Source of the DNA: Escherichia coli
GTDB taxonomy: Bacteria; Pseudomonadota; Gammaproteobacteria; Enterobacterales; Enterobacteriaceae
Direction: 5' to 3' (one strand)
Assembly: GCF_016026235.1 (NCBI RefSeq)
Contig: NZ_CP065613.1
DNA length: 64,000 nucleotides
The number at the start of each line of letters is the position of its first letter. Positions within the stretch are counted from its first letter, which is position 1. Positions 1 through 12,105 of the stretch are shown here, one piece after another. The notes under the pieces are model-generated. The model was not told the origin of the DNA. It ran no database searches and worked only from the letters and a program-made list of their open reading frames with translations. The translations under genes were made by a program, and so were the position numbers.

Positions 1-1013
1 ACTTTGTCGTTCTCCATCACTTTCATAGAACGGAACTTCCACACTTTGATCGGCTTGCCATCCATGCCGTAGCGAGTCTGGCGGAAAATAACCGGCCCCG
101 GTGAGCTCAGTTTCACCGCCAGCGCAATGCAGCACAGCACCAGGGAGATCAGCAGCAGGATAAGCGTCGCCAGCACAATGTCTTCTGCACGTTTTATCAG
201 GCGGTTAACCCCGGAAAGCGGCGTGTCATACAGCGGCACCACCGGTACGCCATTCATCTCTTCGAGGCGTGAATGGAGAATGTTGAAGGTAAAGACATCG
301 GGGATCAGCAGCACCGAACAGGTGGTGTCCGCCAGTTGATGGACCAGTTTTTTCACTCGCGCGCCGTCGCACATCTGCATCGCGATATAGACGTTATGAA
401 TCTTGCCCGCTTTCGCATCCTCGACCAGTTGTTGCAGATTGCCCGCCCAGTCGTTAGAAACGCCACCCGGTTTCAGGTCGTGGTAAACGCCCACCACTTC
501 AAACCCTAACCACGGCTGATTACGGAAGCTCTCCATCAGCATTTGTCCGGCGGCTAAATCCCCCGCCACCGCGACCATGCGCTTGTTATAGCCATGATTA
601 CGCAGCCAGCCCGCCCCAATGCGAATACACGAACGGCAAACCACCAGTCCGATGCTGGTCAGCCCATACCACGCCAGCCAGATTTTCAGTTGCGTGTCGA
701 AATCATTGTTGAACGCCGCCAGTCCGGCGCTGAAAATCACGCTTATGGTCCAGTTTTGTAGCAACAGGGCAAATTCTGTCGCTGCCCGAACACCGCGCCA
801 TGAGCGATAAAAGTCGGTGATGCCGCCCAGCATCTGGAACACCACCAGCGTAATCAGCGCCACCAACAGGTGCATGTAGAGGAATGACAGTCCGCTCACT
901 TCGCAAACCAGCCATAGTCCGGCAAACATGATGGTGATATCTGAAAAGCGTTGCACCATAGAGATTAACGATGCATTGGTTTTCGCTCGCTCGCGCTTTT
1001 TTAGATTTGTCAT
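1..1013 (-). CDS. wcaJ: Undecaprenyl-phosphate glucose phosphotransferase WcaJ, N-terminal part (C-terminus lies beyond the window start)
   Basis: Minus-strand ATG at 1011-1013; manual translation gives MTNLKKRERAKTNASLISMVQRF... followed by hydrophobic TM segments. Not in the ORF track because it has no in-window stop. Lies immediately downstream of cpsG, as in the K-12 wca operon. Confidence 0.8.
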   Translation of the reverse strand, partial: MTNLKKRERAKTNASLISMVQRFSDITIMFAGLWLVCEVSGLSFLYMHLLVALITLVVFQMLGGITDFYRSWRGVRAATEFALLLQNWTISVIFSAGLAAFNNDFDTQLKIWLAWYGLTSIGLVVCRSCIRIGAGWLRNHGYNKRMVAVAGDLAAGQMLMESFRNQPWLGFEVVGVYHDLKPGGVSNDWAGNLQQLVEDAKAGKIHNVYIAMQMCDGARVKKLVHQLADTTCSVLLIPDVFTFNILHSRLEEMNGVPVVPLYDTPLSGVNRLIKRAEDIVLATLILLLISLVLCCIALAVKLSSPGPVIFRQTRYGMDGKPIKVWKFRSMKVMENDK

Positions 1014-1067
1014 CGTTGTTCCTGTTTTTAGCCCCTTACCCGCAGTGGGGTAAGGGAAGATCCGACA

Positions 1068-2438
1068 TTACTCGTTCAGCAACGTCAGCAGAGTTCGCGT
1101 TCGCGCTTCCATCAGCGGCACATCACCGCGTGATTCCACATTCAGGCGCACCACCGGTTCGGTGTTGGAGGAGCGCAGATTAAAGCGCCAGTCGGCAAAG
1201 GTCATGCTGATGCCATCGGTACGATCCACCGCCAGCGCCTCGCGGCTAAAGTGCTGTTCCACGCGGTTAATCGCCTCAACGGGTTGTGCCAGTTTGCTGT
1301 TGATCTCACCGCTTGCCGGAAACGCTGACATCCGGTCGCACACCAGTTCGCCCAGCGTTTTTCCTTTCAGGCACACCAGTTCGGCGACCAGCAGCCACGG
1401 GATCATGCCGCTGTCGCAGTAAGCGAAATCACGGAAGTAATGGTGGGCGCTCATTTCGCCACCGTAGATAGCGTCTTCCTTGCGCATACGTTCTTTAATA
1501 AAGGCGTGTCCGGTTTTCGACATTACCGGGGTGCCGCCTGCGGCAGTCACCACATCAACGGTGTTCCAGGAGAGACGTGGATCGTGGATGATCTTCGCGC
1601 CGGGATTTTTTTCGAGGAACGCTTCTGCCAGCAGGCCGACAATGTAGTAGCCCTCAATAAACTGCCCTTTTTCGTCAAACAGGAAACAGCGGTCAAAATC
1701 GCCATCAAAGGCAATGCCCATATCCGCGCCGTGTTTAATGACCGCATTGCGGGTATCGTCGCGACATTCCGGCAGCAACGGGTTAGGAATACCGTTGGGG
1801 AAATTGCCGTCCGGCGTGTTATGCACTTTGATCAATTCCACCGGTGCGCCGAGGGCTTTAAAGCGGGCTTCAATGGCGTCCACCACCGGACCCGCCGCGC
1901 CGTTCCCGGAGTTAATCACCAGCTTGAGCGGCGTGAGGTTTTTGACGTTGATATAACCGAACAGGTGATCAACGTATGCATCACGCAGGTTGATTTGCTG
2001 ATAGCAACCGCGTTTGGTTTCATCGACGGGAGGAAAGTCGTTGGCTTCTGCCAGACGCTGGACGTCGCGCAGTCCGGTATCGCCGCTGATCGGGCGAGCC
2101 CCTTCGCGCACCAGTTTCATGCCGTTGTAATCCATCGGGTTATGGCTGGCGGTAACTTCAATGCCGCCATCCACGCCAAGATGGAACGTGGCGAAATAGA
2201 TTTCTTCGGTGCCGGACATACCAATATCCAGCACGTCGACGCCCGCATCCTGTAAACCTTTTGCCAGCGCCAGTTTTAAGGTTTCGCTGGTGAGGCGGAC
2301 ATCACCGCCTAACACAATGGTTTTCGGTTTGAGAAATTCGCCATAAGCGCGACCAATGCGCCAGGCAATATCTTCATTCAGTTCTTCGCCTAATTTCCCG
2401 CGAATATCATAGGCTTTAAAGCAGGTTAATTTTTTCAT
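1068..2438 (-). CDS. cpsG: Phosphomannomutase
   Basis: ORF track 1068..2486; start trimmed to [14 protein letters not shown]. Active-site motif TASHNP is present. Confidence 0.92.
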   Translation of the reverse strand: MKKLTCFKAYDIRGKLGEELNEDIAWRIGRAYGEFLKPKTIVLGGDVRLTSETLKLALAKGLQDAGVDVLDIGMSGTEEIYFATFHLGVDGGIEVTASHNPMDYNGMKLVREGARPISGDTGLRDVQRLAEANDFPPVDETKRGCYQQINLRDAYVDHLFGYINVKNLTPLKLVINSGNGAAGPVVDAIEARFKALGAPVELIKVHNTPDGNFPNGIPNPLLPECRDDTRNAVIKHGADMGIAFDGDFDRCFLFDEKGQFIEGYYIVGLLAEAFLEKNPGAKIIHDPRLSWNTVDVVTAAGGTPVMSKTGHAFIKERMRKEDAIYGGEMSAHHYFRDFAYCDSGMIPWLLVAELVCLKGKTLGELVCDRMSAFPASGEINSKLAQPVEAINRVEQHFSREALAVDRTDGISMTFADWRFNLRSSNTEPVVRLNVESRGDVPLMEARTRTLLTLLNE

Positions 2439-2527
2439 ATCGTTACCCTTTTTCAGGCAATAGTTGGCCCTGACCGAAGCGGCCAATTTTATTTTTGTCG
2501 TTATTTACACCGCGGTTTCGCATTCAT

Positions 2528-2628
<101 letters not shown>

Positions 2629-2630
2629 GT

Positions 2631-4067
2631 TTACACCCGTCCGTAGCGATCCGCGAAGCGCACCACATCATCCTCTTCGAGATAAGAGCCGGAGCGCACT
2701 TCAATTAAATCGAGCGGAATTTTCCCCGGGTTTTCCAGGCAGTGCGTCGCCCCCAGCGGAATATAAATCGACTCGTTTTCACCAAGCAGTTTGATATCAC
2801 CATCGATAGTGACTTTTGCCGTTCCCGCGACCACCACCCAGTGTTCCGCGCGGTGATGGTGCATCTGTACCGACAAGCCTTCGCCCGGTTTCACGGTGAT
2901 GCGTTTCACCTGGTAGCGGTCGCCCGCGTCGATAGAGTCATATTTGCCCCACGGACGATACACTTCGCGATGCACCCGATGCTCATGGCGACCATCGGCT
3001 TTGATCTGCTCGACCACTTTTTTCACATCCTGCACCGCGTTACGGTCGGCAATCAGCACCGCATCTTTGGTCTGCACTACCACCAAATCTTTCACCCCGA
3101 CGGTGGTGACCAGGCCAGATTCGGCATACACATAGCTGTTTTCGGTTTTGTGATTAATCACATCGCCGTGGCAAACGTTGCCCTCGGCGGTGTGGGCGCT
3201 GATTTCCCATAAAGAGGACCAGGAGCCAACATCGCTCCAGCCCGCATCCATCGGCACCACAACAGCATCTGCCGTACGTTCCATGACCGCGTAATCCACC
3301 GACTCTTCCGGGCAGGCCAGAAACGCTTCTTCATCCACGCGAATAAAATCGAGATCCGGATCGACGGCGCTCATCGCTTGTTCACAGGCGTCGAGAATAT
3401 CCGGGCGATATTTTTTCAGTTCTTCGAGATAGCGTCCGGCGCGGAACAGGAACATGCCGCTGTTCCAGTAATATTCGCCGCTTGCCACATAGGCCTGGGC
3501 GGTTTCCAGATTCGGTTTTTCGACAAACTGCGCCACTTCAAAGGCCACCGTATCCTGCTCACCCGCCGACACTTCACCGCGACGAATATAGCCATATCCG
3601 GTTTCAGGTAGATCCGGCACAATGCCGAAGATCACCAGCTTGCCCGCTTCGGCATACGGCATGGCATTACGCACGGCGGCACGGAACGCGTCTTCATCGG
3701 CAATCACATGATCCGCCGCCAGCACCAGCATTAACGGGTCGCTCTCCGGGCTATGACGTTTTGCCGCCAGCGCCGCCAGTGCAATGGCAGGTGCAGTGTT
3801 ACGCCCTGCCGGTTCGAGAATAATGTTCTCGGTGAGTTTGTTCAGTTGACGCAGCTGTTCCGCGACAATAAAGCGGTGCTGCTCATTGCAAATCACCACT
3901 GGGCTTTCGCACTCCACGCCGTTCAGGCGGCAGATGGTGGTTTGCAGCATGGTGAGATCGCCTTTCAGGCATAAAAACTGCTTGGGGTAAAGTACGCGGG
4001 AAAGCGGCCATAAGCGGCTACCGGAGCCACCTGCCATCACAACTGGATAGAGTTTCGACTGCGCCAT
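2631..4067 (-). CDS. cpsB: Mannose-1-phosphate guanylyltransferase
   Basis: 478 aa; N-terminal nucleotidyltransferase motif [16 protein letters not shown] and C-terminal cupin-like region. Confidence 0.92.
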   Translation of the reverse strand: MAQSKLYPVVMAGGSGSRLWPLSRVLYPKQFLCLKGDLTMLQTTICRLNGVECESPVVICNEQHRFIVAEQLRQLNKLTENIILEPAGRNTAPAIALAALAAKRHSPESDPLMLVLAADHVIADEDAFRAAVRNAMPYAEAGKLVIFGIVPDLPETGYGYIRRGEVSAGEQDTVAFEVAQFVEKPNLETAQAYVASGEYYWNSGMFLFRAGRYLEELKKYRPDILDACEQAMSAVDPDLDFIRVDEEAFLACPEESVDYAVMERTADAVVVPMDAGWSDVGSWSSLWEISAHTAEGNVCHGDVINHKTENSYVYAESGLVTTVGVKDLVVVQTKDAVLIADRNAVQDVKKVVEQIKADGRHEHRVHREVYRPWGKYDSIDAGDRYQVKRITVKPGEGLSVQMHHHRAEHWVVVAGTAKVTIDGDIKLLGENESIYIPLGATHCLENPGKIPLDLIEVRSGSYLEEDDVVRFADRYGRV

Positions 4068-4069
4068 AA

Positions 4070-5293
4070 TTATCCCCGAATATCATTTATAAATTGACGT
4101 AACACGTTCTCTTTATCGAGTGTGCGTTCGGCATATTCACGTGCCACCGTGTTGTGTTTGGGCAGCAGGAGCGCCTGACGGATCCCCGCCACCAGCGCCT
4201 CGACCGATTCCGGTTCTACGCAAACCGCAATGCCCGGAAAGGTTTCGCAAAGCTGCCCCAGTTCTGTGTGGGCCTCTGCGGTAATCACCGCGTTACCGCC
4301 TACCGCCAGAATATTGGTCAGTTTCGACGGCAATACGGCATCTGCCGCACCGCGTTTTTGCACCACCAGATGGCAATCGCCCATCTTCAGCAGTGCGGGT
4401 AAAGCGTCATACGATTGCAGCGGGAAAAATTGCATGTTGCGCAGTCCACGCTGCTGCGCCATTTTTTCCAGCCGCGCTTTGCCGCCGCCCTGCCCGACAA
4501 TGGCAAAAATCAGCGGTTCATCGCGCAGACGATCGGCAGCTTCAATAACGTTTTCCAGCCCCTGCTTTTCACCAATATTGCCGGAGTAAAGAATGATTTT
4601 TTTGTTATCCGGCAGGTCAAGCTGGTTACGAAGGGCGTCAACATCGGCATCTGCAACATGCTGAAAACGGGCAATTTCCGACCAGTTGGGGAAGAAGATG
4701 ACGTTTTCCGCCGCCACGCCTTTTTCGATGGCTTTATTCATCATCGAACGCGAAATCGTGGAGACGTTATCGACGTTATGCAGTCCGCTACGTTCGAACG
4801 CCGTTGCCAGCTGTGCCACTTTGCCGCCTTTGCCTTTTCCGGCAAGGCCCAGCCCCAGCATGGCGTCCACTTCGTAATCCTGAATATGCAGCACGGTACG
4901 CGCACCAGAGAGCTTCGCCAGCAGGCGCATTCCCGGCGTGCAAAACAGCGTTGGCACTACGCCGATAATGCGATCCGGCTTCCAGCGACGTTGCGCCATC
5001 AGTGGAAAGAAACTGCTGACGGCAAAACTGCCGAGATGCAACAAGCGTTTCAGGGTGCTCGGCTGTTTTGGCACGTACAGCGGGCAGCGCCACACCGTGG
5101 CGGCCCCCTCTTCTCGTTTGTAGCGCCAGGCGGAATAGTTCTCACCCACCTGCCATTGCGGGTAGTAAGGCGGTGCGGTAATGACCCGCACCTCATGACC
5201 TTGTGCCGCCAGCCATTCCACCATCTCGCCGGTGTATTTGCCGATGCCGGTTAACTCCGGCGAGTAGTTAATGCCGTAGACCAGTATTTTCAT
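4070..5293 (-). CDS. wcaI: Colanic acid glycosyltransferase (GT1/GT4 type)
   Basis: 407 aa; glycosyltransferase-like; 4-nt overlap with gmm; position in wca operon. Confidence 0.85.
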   Translation of the reverse strand: MKILVYGINYSPELTGIGKYTGEMVEWLAAQGHEVRVITAPPYYPQWQVGENYSAWRYKREEGAATVWRCPLYVPKQPSTLKRLLHLGSFAVSSFFPLMAQRRWKPDRIIGVVPTLFCTPGMRLLAKLSGARTVLHIQDYEVDAMLGLGLAGKGKGGKVAQLATAFERSGLHNVDNVSTISRSMMNKAIEKGVAAENVIFFPNWSEIARFQHVADADVDALRNQLDLPDNKKIILYSGNIGEKQGLENVIEAADRLRDEPLIFAIVGQGGGKARLEKMAQQRGLRNMQFFPLQSYDALPALLKMGDCHLVVQKRGAADAVLPSKLTNILAVGGNAVITAEAHTELGQLCETFPGIAVCVEPESVEALVAGIRQALLLPKHNTVAREYAERTLDKENVLRQFINDIRG

Positions 5294-5772
5294 AATCCGG
5301 GTACTCCGGCACGCTTCTCAGCGAGAAAATAGGCGCGGCTGTTAGCGTGAACATCGTTACTGGCGAGCAGCGCGTCCGGCGTCAGCCAGCGGTAATCGTC
5401 ATGCTGCTCATCCGGCAGTAACAGCTCTTCTTCCGCTACTCTGAAGCGAAAACCGAGCACCACATAGTGAGTGGTGAAATCCGTGCCGGAGAAGTTATCG
5501 TCATAAAAGTGCTGCCAGACACCGTAAAACTGGCCTGCTGTTATCGGCAGACGCAGCCCCAGTTCCGCCATCGTCAGCCGCTCAAATGCGGCTTCCAGCG
5601 TTTCGTCTTTCTGCACGCGCCCTCCCGGCACAAACCAGTAACCCTGCGCCGGGCGGTTGGTTCTTTTGCCAAGCAGAAACTCGCCGCGACTGTTCTCGAC
5701 AATAAAGTCGAGAGAGACAAGCGGTGTGGAGCGCACTACCGTGGCAAAGTCTTCCTGACGTAAAAACATCAT
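5290..5772 (-). CDS. gmm: GDP-mannose mannosyl hydrolase (Nudix)
   Basis: 160 aa; Nudix-like box [23 protein letters not shown]. Confidence 0.88.
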   Translation of the reverse strand: MMFLRQEDFATVVRSTPLVSLDFIVENSRGEFLLGKRTNRPAQGYWFVPGGRVQKDETLEAAFERLTMAELGLRLPITAGQFYGVWQHFYDDNFSGTDFTTHYVVLGFRFRVAEEELLLPDEQHDDYRWLTPDALLASNDVHANSRAYFLAEKRAGVPGL

Positions 5773-6737
5773 TACCCCCGAAAGCGGTCTTGATTCTCAA
5801 GGAACCACTGGTAAGTGCTGGCAAGCCCCGCTTCCAGTGAGATTTCGTGATACCAGCCAAGCTGATGCAGCCGCGTCACATCCAGCAGTTTGCGCGGCGT
5901 GCCATCCGGTTTGCTGGCATCAAAAACTACCCGACCTTTGTAACCCACCACTTTGGCGATGGTTTGCGCCAGCTCACGGATAGTGCAGTCAACGCCCGTG
6001 CCGACGTTAATGTGCGACAGCATCGGCTGGGTGTTCTCCTGCCAGACTTCGTGCGCCAGCTCCATCACATGAATGCTCGCCGCTGCCATATCATCAACGT
6101 GTAGAAATTCGCGCATCGGCGTACCGCTGCCCCACACCACCACGTCCGGCGCATTCTGTGCCGTCGCCTCATGGAAGCGACGCAGCAATGCTGGGATCAC
6201 ATGCGAATTACTCGGGTGGAAGTTGTCGTGTGGCCCGTACAGGTTGGTTGGCATGACTGAGCGGTAATCCCGTCCGTACTGGCGGTTGTATGATTCACAC
6301 AGTTTGATCCCGGCGATTTTGGCAATGGCATAAGGCTCGTTGGTCGGCTCCAGCGTGCCCTGCAACAACTCGCTTTCTGCCATCGGCTGTTTTGCCAGTT
6401 TCGGGTAGATGCAGGACGATCCGAGAAACAGCAGTTTGTTCACGTCGTTCTGATGCGCGGCGTGAATGATGTTGCTCTCAATCATCATGTTCTGGTAGAT
6501 GAAATCTGCCGGATACGTGTTGTTGGCAACAATGCCGCCCACTTTCGCCGCCGCCAGATAGACCTGGTCAATACGTTCGCTGGCAAAGAAATCATGCACC
6601 GCGCGGCTGTCCAGCAGGCTCAGCTCGTCGCGGGTGCGTAATACCAGTTCCACATCACCGCGCTGTTCGAGCTGTCGCCTGATGGCGGAACCGACCATCC
6701 CGCGATGGCCAGCGATAAAAATGCGTTGTTTACTCAT
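5772..6737 (-). CDS. fcl: GDP-L-fucose synthase
   Basis: 321 aa; N-terminal Rossmann motif [13 protein letters not shown] (SDR/epimerase fold). Confidence 0.92.
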   Translation of the reverse strand: MSKQRIFIAGHRGMVGSAIRRQLEQRGDVELVLRTRDELSLLDSRAVHDFFASERIDQVYLAAAKVGGIVANNTYPADFIYQNMMIESNIIHAAHQNDVNKLLFLGSSCIYPKLAKQPMAESELLQGTLEPTNEPYAIAKIAGIKLCESYNRQYGRDYRSVMPTNLYGPHDNFHPSNSHVIPALLRRFHEATAQNAPDVVVWGSGTPMREFLHVDDMAAASIHVMELAHEVWQENTQPMLSHINVGTGVDCTIRELAQTIAKVVGYKGRVVFDASKPDGTPRKLLDVTRLHQLGWYHEISLEAGLASTYQWFLENQDRFRG

Positions 6738-6739
6738 GC

Positions 6740-7861
6740 TTATGACTCCAGCGCGATCGCCACGTCGTAGCCGTGAGATTTCAGCAGAGAGTGTTTTTTC
6801 GCCGCTTCGAGGTCATTAGCCACCATTTCAGACACCATCTCTCTGAGGGTGATTTCCGGTTTCCAGCCCAGTTTTTCGTGCGCTTTGGTCGGGTCACCGA
6901 GCAGCGTTTCAACTTCAGCCGGACGGAAGTAGCGCGGGTCAACGGCGATAATCACATCACCCGGTTTAACGCCCGGCGCGTCATGCCCGGTGACGGAAAC
7001 CACAATGCCCTTCTCTTCAACACCCGTGCCTTCAAAGCGCAGTTTGATACTCAGCTGTGCCGCCGCCATTTCCACGAACTGACGCACGGAGTACTGAACG
7101 CCGGTAGCAATAACGAAATCTTCCGGTTGTTCCTGTTGCAGCATCATCCACTGCATTTTTACGTAGTCTTTGGCGTGGCCCCAGTCACGCAGGGAATCCA
7201 TATTGCCGAGATACAGGCACGACTCCAGCCCCTGGGCGATGTTGGCGATTGCGCGGGTGATTTTGCGGGTAACGAAAGTCTCGCCACGGCGCGGGGATTC
7301 ATGGTTGAAGAGAATACCGTTACAGGCGTACATGTCGTAGGATTCGCGGTAGTTAACGGTGATCCAGTAGGCGTACAGTTTGGCGACCGCATACGGAGAG
7401 CGTGGGTAGAACGGCGTGGTCTCTTTCTGCGGAATTTCCTGCACCAGACCGTACAGTTCAGAAGTAGAAGCCTGATAGAAACGGGTTTTCTTTTCCAGAC
7501 CGAGGAAGCGGATCGCCTCGAGCAGGCGCAGCGTACCCATCGCATCGACGTCTGCGGTATATTCCGGTGACTCAAAAGAAACCGCAACGTGGCTCATTGC
7601 GCCCAGGTTGTACACTTCATCCGGCTGCACTTCACGCAAAATGCGCGTCAGGTTGGAGGTATCACTCAGGTCGCCATAATGCAGATGGAATTTCTGGTTG
7701 CAGGTGTGCGGATCCTGATAAATGTGATCCACGCGCTCGGTGTTGAATGACGATGCACGACGCTTAATACCATGCACTTCGTAACCTTTTTCCAGCAGAA
7801 ACTCTGCCAGGTAAGAACCGTCTTGTCCGGTTACACCGGTGATGAGAGCGACTTTTGACAT
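6740..7861 (-). CDS. gmd: GDP-mannose 4,6-dehydratase
   Basis: 373 aa; N-terminal [22 protein letters not shown](P)-binding motif. Confidence 0.93.
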   Translation of the reverse strand: MSKVALITGVTGQDGSYLAEFLLEKGYEVHGIKRRASSFNTERVDHIYQDPHTCNQKFHLHYGDLSDTSNLTRILREVQPDEVYNLGAMSHVAVSFESPEYTADVDAMGTLRLLEAIRFLGLEKKTRFYQASTSELYGLVQEIPQKETTPFYPRSPYAVAKLYAYWITVNYRESYDMYACNGILFNHESPRRGETFVTRKITRAIANIAQGLESCLYLGNMDSLRDWGHAKDYVKMQWMMLQQEQPEDFVIATGVQYSVRQFVEMAAAQLSIKLRFEGTGVEEKGIVVSVTGHDAPGVKPGDVIIAVDPRYFRPAEVETLLGDPTKAHEKLGWKPEITLREMVSEMVANDLEAAKKHSLLKSHGYDVAIALES

Positions 7862-7887
7862 GTCTTATTCCTCTGTATTTTTTGAAT

Positions 7888-8436
7888 TTATTCAGTTTCA
7901 ACGCGTTTGCGTATCACCACTGCGGGGTTCCCCCGACAAACCACATTTGCCGGAAGCGATTTAAAAACACTGCTTCGCGCACCCACGACGGTGCCGTCGC
8001 CGATCGTGACGCCAGGGGCAACAAAGACATCGGTTGCCAGCCAGCATTTCTCGCCAATCACAATAGGCGTGGCGTTAATGGTGAAATGTTGACTTGCATG
8101 GTCGTGGCTACCGGTGCATAAATAACTTTTTTGCGATATCACCGAATGTGCGCCAATGGTTATTTCACCGAGGGTATATAAATTGACCTCATCGCCGACC
8201 CACGCGTAATCACCTAAGGTTAATTTCCACGGATAGGTAATTTTTACTGACGGACGAATAACTACGTTTTTACCTATTTTTGCCCCGAATAAACGTAATA
8301 AAAATGCCCGCCAGCGATACAATACTTGTGGCGACCAGGCAAATATTGTTGCCTGTACTGCCCACCACAATTGCACTTTAATAGCGTTGCCACCCCGGAA
8401 CCCTTTCGGCACCGAGAAACCACTTAAATCCTGCAT
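7888..8436 (-). CDS. wcaF: Colanic acid acetyltransferase (hexapeptide-repeat family)
   Basis: 182 aa; left-handed beta-helix hexapeptide repeats (IGDGTVVGARSSV...). Confidence 0.85.
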   Translation of the reverse strand: MQDLSGFSVPKGFRGGNAIKVQLWWAVQATIFAWSPQVLYRWRAFLLRLFGAKIGKNVVIRPSVKITYPWKLTLGDYAWVGDEVNLYTLGEITIGAHSVISQKSYLCTGSHDHASQHFTINATPIVIGEKCWLATDVFVAPGVTIGDGTVVGARSSVFKSLPANVVCRGNPAVVIRKRVETE

Positions 8437-8451
8437 CGTTTTCCCTTATAT

Positions 8452-9198
8452 TCAGATTTTGTTATATAAGGCTTTCGTCTTTGAGGTAGTACGTTGGCGT
8501 AAATGCCAGGATAATTCTGCCCAGAAACCAGGCACATGTAATATCTGCCGTTGGACTTTTTTGGCGTCAGCACATAATTCCATATTATTGGTGGTAGATA
8601 CTCCACCCATAGAAAATTCAGACACCAGGCCATTGAGTTTTCTAAATGCATAACCGGCTTTATACATTTTGGCTGCCAGCGCGTAATCGGAAGAAACTTT
8701 ATATTCCAGGTCATAACGCCATTTTTTCAAGCCGGATACCGGAAAAAATATCGCCTGATGACTGGCGGGCAGGCTGTGATAAATATACCAGCCCGGTTTG
8801 GCGCTACGTTTAATTTTATGCCCGTCGCCAAAATCCAGCAGCGCATCGCCAGTGATCATCACGTTATCTTTTTGTACTTTTAACTTACGGACAAAATTTG
8901 CGGCATCCTGATGAAAAATATCACCTGAGTTGAGAAACAACGCGAACTTGCCTTGTGCCATCGCAATGCCTTTGTTCATGGCGTCGTAGATACCGTTATC
9001 TGGCTCGCTGACAAAACGTAGGTTATAGATACCCTTGAGATTTTCCAGGTACTCACGGGTGCCGTCATTGGAACCGCCATCGACAACAATCCATTCGAAG
9101 CTGATATCGTCCGCCTGCGCCAGATGCGCCAGCGAGGCGTGTGTTTTGACTATCCCTGCGAGGTTACGAAACGCGACAGTGATTATGCTAAGCAACAT
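8452..9198 (-). CDS. wcaE: Colanic acid glycosyltransferase (GT2)
   Basis: 248 aa; GT2-type N-terminus (ITVAFRN...[12 protein letters not shown]). Confidence 0.85.
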   Translation of the reverse strand: MLLSIITVAFRNLAGIVKTHASLAHLAQADDISFEWIVVDGGSNDGTREYLENLKGIYNLRFVSEPDNGIYDAMNKGIAMAQGKFALFLNSGDIFHQDAANFVRKLKVQKDNVMITGDALLDFGDGHKIKRSAKPGWYIYHSLPASHQAIFFPVSGLKKWRYDLEYKVSSDYALAAKMYKAGYAFRKLNGLVSEFSMGGVSTTNNMELCADAKKVQRQILHVPGFWAELSWHLRQRTTSKTKALYNKI

Positions 9199-9208
9199 GT
9201 TCTTATTC

Positions 9209-10426
9209 TTACCTCGTAATATTTAACGCTTTTCGCAAAATAAACGGACAGACGATTAAAAATGCATATTCCGGGCTAAATATCGAACCGGTAAAAAACA
9301 GCGATACCGGAGTAAAAAGATATAATTGCACGCGAAAATTGCGGTTATCACCAAAAGCGTTGATCATCATTTTTATCACTTTCCCCATGTACCACAGCGA
9401 TAAAAACACTGCGAACCAGGAAAAATAAATAATCAGCAGATACAAACCATTGTCTATGGTTTTTCCGACATCCGCACCGTTAAATATTCCGAATGATGCG
9501 ACGTATTCATAAAGTGAGCCAAATCTGACTACACCGTCAATATGGGTCAAAGAATAACCGACCATCACCAGCGGACCGACAATACGATAATACGATGACG
9601 ATCCTTCCGTACCTAAATCGCCCAGACGGGTGGAAATATAAGGAAACGCGATTACCACACCAACCAGGAATACAGCCAGAGAAATCAATGCCAACGGTAA
9701 CTTTTTCTTAATCGCCTCTTTATTCAGATATTGAAATGCCCACTCCAGCAAATAAAACAGGATAAAGGTCATAACCCCTGAAAACGATCCGGATAATATT
9801 ATCCCTGCGAGAATCATAGCATCGGTTTTAGGCGTTTTGATACCAAACTGTTTGATGCTGAGCCAAATTGAGATTAATGCCAGAGCGAAAAATGCCGGTT
9901 CGAAATAAAGTGCTGTCGTGCGCTTGCCGCCGAATTTAATGAAATTCAGTACATAGCTGTTGCTGTAAATCAGATATTTCGAAATCGACTCCATAATACT
10001 GCTGCCACCGGTGAGGATAATTTGCGCCATCTCCACCGCCGCCAGCGCCACCACCAGCCCGACCACCAGATAAAAGAAACGTAATATCTTGCGATGGTTG
10101 TGTGGCGAAATCGTTTTAAAGCGAATACTCCACACCATGCCAATAATGATCACAATATAGACAAACAGCATGGTTGAAGTGACGTATTTACTGGCATCCA
10201 GCGACTGACCAAACAGATAGTTAAACGCCGTGAGTCCCGCACCAATCCCTAAGGCAATCATCAATTTTTTAACGCTGATGCGTTCTAAAAACAGCAGTAA
10301 CAAGACAGGTAAAAAAGTGACGATGGTGATGGGGAAACTTTCGCCAAGCTGGGCGATTTTGACGTTAACCAGCAGGTAGATCAGCGGCAGCAGCAGGTAG
10401 CTACAGATTCTGATAGAAGTTGACAT
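9209..10426 (-). CDS. wcaD: Colanic acid polymerase (Wzy-like multi-pass membrane protein)
   Basis: ORF track 9209..10498; start trimmed to [19 protein letters not shown]. Many TM helices. Overlaps the wcaC 3' end. Confidence 0.8.
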   Translation of the reverse strand: MSTSIRICSYLLLPLIYLLVNVKIAQLGESFPITIVTFLPVLLLLFLERISVKKLMIALGIGAGLTAFNYLFGQSLDASKYVTSTMLFVYIVIIIGMVWSIRFKTISPHNHRKILRFFYLVVGLVVALAAVEMAQIILTGGSSIMESISKYLIYSNSYVLNFIKFGGKRTTALYFEPAFFALALISIWLSIKQFGIKTPKTDAMILAGIILSGSFSGVMTFILFYLLEWAFQYLNKEAIKKKLPLALISLAVFLVGVVIAFPYISTRLGDLGTEGSSSYYRIVGPLVMVGYSLTHIDGVVRFGSLYEYVASFGIFNGADVGKTIDNGLYLLIIYFSWFAVFLSLWYMGKVIKMMINAFGDNRNFRVQLYLFTPVSLFFTGSIFSPEYAFLIVCPFILRKALNITR

Positions 10427-11618
10427 ACTCCTCCAGCATCTGTTGTCCACTGTAGGCCGCGCGGCTGCGTTGGCTGAACTCAGCCAGCGTGGTACCAAAT
10501 ATCGCCTGCGCGATTTCCGGTTTGCTTAACTGCACCAGTTGCAGCACGTCTTCTTCGCTGACGGTTTTACCGCCGGATTTTTGCAGCACTTCCCGCGCCG
10601 CGTCGCTATGGGTGGCAATCACCGGCACGCCAATCGATAGCGCCTCACACAAAATCAGCGGGTAGTTATCGACGCGAGAACTGAACACCAGCGCATCCAT
10701 CTGATTGAGCGCGCTCATCAACTTGCGCTTGTCAGTTTCAAAGCAGTGATTAACCACGTTGCCAGCGGTGAACGGCGAGAACTTACCAAAGGTATGCAGT
10801 TCGATTTTGTCGCCCAGCGCCATCATCTCACGCACCAGTTGCTGGTTAGTTTTGCCGTCGTAACGCAGGTCATGCGCCACCACCGCGATTTTCGGCTTAC
10901 CCTGGGTTTCGCGCACCGGGGGCAGATCCGCCAGAATCGCTTCGGTTGCCATATCAATACCATTATTGATAATCCGGCAACGCCCTGGCCCGTACAGACT
11001 ATTGAAAGCGTCAGCCACATGCTGGCTGGGGGAAATAAACTGACAGCCCAGCGCCAGCATCTCGCGGAATAACTGGCGTTTGCCCGCCACCAGCTGGTGC
11101 GCGCGATCAATCTTCACCGGCGGATAGTTATTTAAGGTCGGGCATTTCTGGCAGCCCGTTTTCCAGCCTTCGCAACCGTCGGTAAAGGCGCAGCGTCCGG
11201 TAACGCTCCAGTGGTCGTGTAACGTCCAGACCAGAGTGACGTCCGGTTTATGGTTTTTCACCTTCTCGCAAAAGCGCACCACGCTCTTAAGATTCAACCA
11301 GTAGCTGTGCAGCACATGCAAATGCAGGACCACCGGGCCCGGTGTGCGAGTAATGGTGCGATATAACTCATTGAAATTGCCAAACAGATCGTGATTAAAC
11401 AGACGAAACAGGGCAATATTCGCCATCGCGGTCATCCGCGGCGTATGTTTGATGACCTGCGGATAGTTCTGATGGCTGACGCTCTCTTTGCCGCCTTTGC
11501 CGTAGCCATAGACAAAATGTGACGCCAGCCCCTGTTGCAGCGCACGCTGGTGGAGATCTAACGCCACACCTGCTGCCCCGCCTTCCGCCAGTCGCACATT
11601 AAATTGCAAAATATTCAT
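10401..11618 (-). CDS. wcaC: Colanic acid glycosyltransferase (GT1)
   Basis: 405 aa; GT1-like; position in wca operon. Confidence 0.85.
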   Translation of the reverse strand: MNILQFNVRLAEGGAAGVALDLHQRALQQGLASHFVYGYGKGGKESVSHQNYPQVIKHTPRMTAMANIALFRLFNHDLFGNFNELYRTITRTPGPVVLHLHVLHSYWLNLKSVVRFCEKVKNHKPDVTLVWTLHDHWSVTGRCAFTDGCEGWKTGCQKCPTLNNYPPVKIDRAHQLVAGKRQLFREMLALGCQFISPSQHVADAFNSLYGPGRCRIINNGIDMATEAILADLPPVRETQGKPKIAVVAHDLRYDGKTNQQLVREMMALGDKIELHTFGKFSPFTAGNVVNHCFETDKRKLMSALNQMDALVFSSRVDNYPLILCEALSIGVPVIATHSDAAREVLQKSGGKTVSEEDVLQLVQLSKPEIAQAIFGTTLAEFSQRSRAAYSGQQMLEEYVNFYQNL

Positions 11619-12103
11619 TTAATTACCTTCACTCGCGCTTTTTCTCCCACCACCAGCGCGTTGTCCGAGACAGAGTCGAGCACCACGCTGCCCGCGCCCA
11701 CGGTGACGTTGTTACCAAGCGTGATATCACCAAGAATAATGACGTTGGCACCGAGTTCGACGCCGTTGCCAATGTGTGGACATGCCATGTTATCGGCACC
11801 ACGATTGCCGATAGTGACGCCGTGGCGAATGGTGAAATCATCCCCCGCTACCACGTTTTTATTGATCACTACGGCGTAACCGTGATGGATAGTAAAGCGG
11901 CGGCCAATGGTCGCGGCTGCCTGGATTTCATAACCGAAAAAGCATTCGGTGATAATGCGATACAGCACCAGCAGCGGGGCCGCCCACAGATTGTTGAGGA
12001 CGTTCTTTTTGCGCCACACCGAACAAAAATGAGCGACGCGATAGGCAAGAACCATGCAGCACGGGCGTAAACTCCAGCTGTTGGCGCGTAGATCTTCCAG
12101 CAT
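11615..12103 (-). CDS. wcaB: Colanic acid acetyltransferase (hexapeptide-repeat family)
   Basis: 162 aa; hexapeptide repeats (IGNGVELGANVIILGDITLGNNVTVGAGSVV). Confidence 0.85.
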   Translation of the reverse strand: MLEDLRANSWSLRPCCMVLAYRVAHFCSVWRKKNVLNNLWAAPLLVLYRIITECFFGYEIQAAATIGRRFTIHHGYAVVINKNVVAGDDFTIRHGVTIGNRGADNMACPHIGNGVELGANVIILGDITLGNNVTVGAGSVVLDSVSDNALVVGEKARVKVIK

Positions 12104-12105
12104 CT

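Noticed and set aside
703-915. 70-aa minus-strand ORF near the window start
   Set aside because: It lies in a different frame inside the wcaJ coding region; the wcaJ frame gives a recognisable N-terminus.
1440-2255. 271-aa plus-strand ORF (and similar long antisense ORFs at 4415..5254, 6773..7570, 13900..15048, 41133..41744 and 47952..49025)
   Set aside because: Each lies entirely antisense to a gene with strong homologue-level support (cpsG, wcaI, gmd, wzc, mdtC/mdtD, yegQ); their translations are low-complexity and motif-free. They are typical shadow ORFs.
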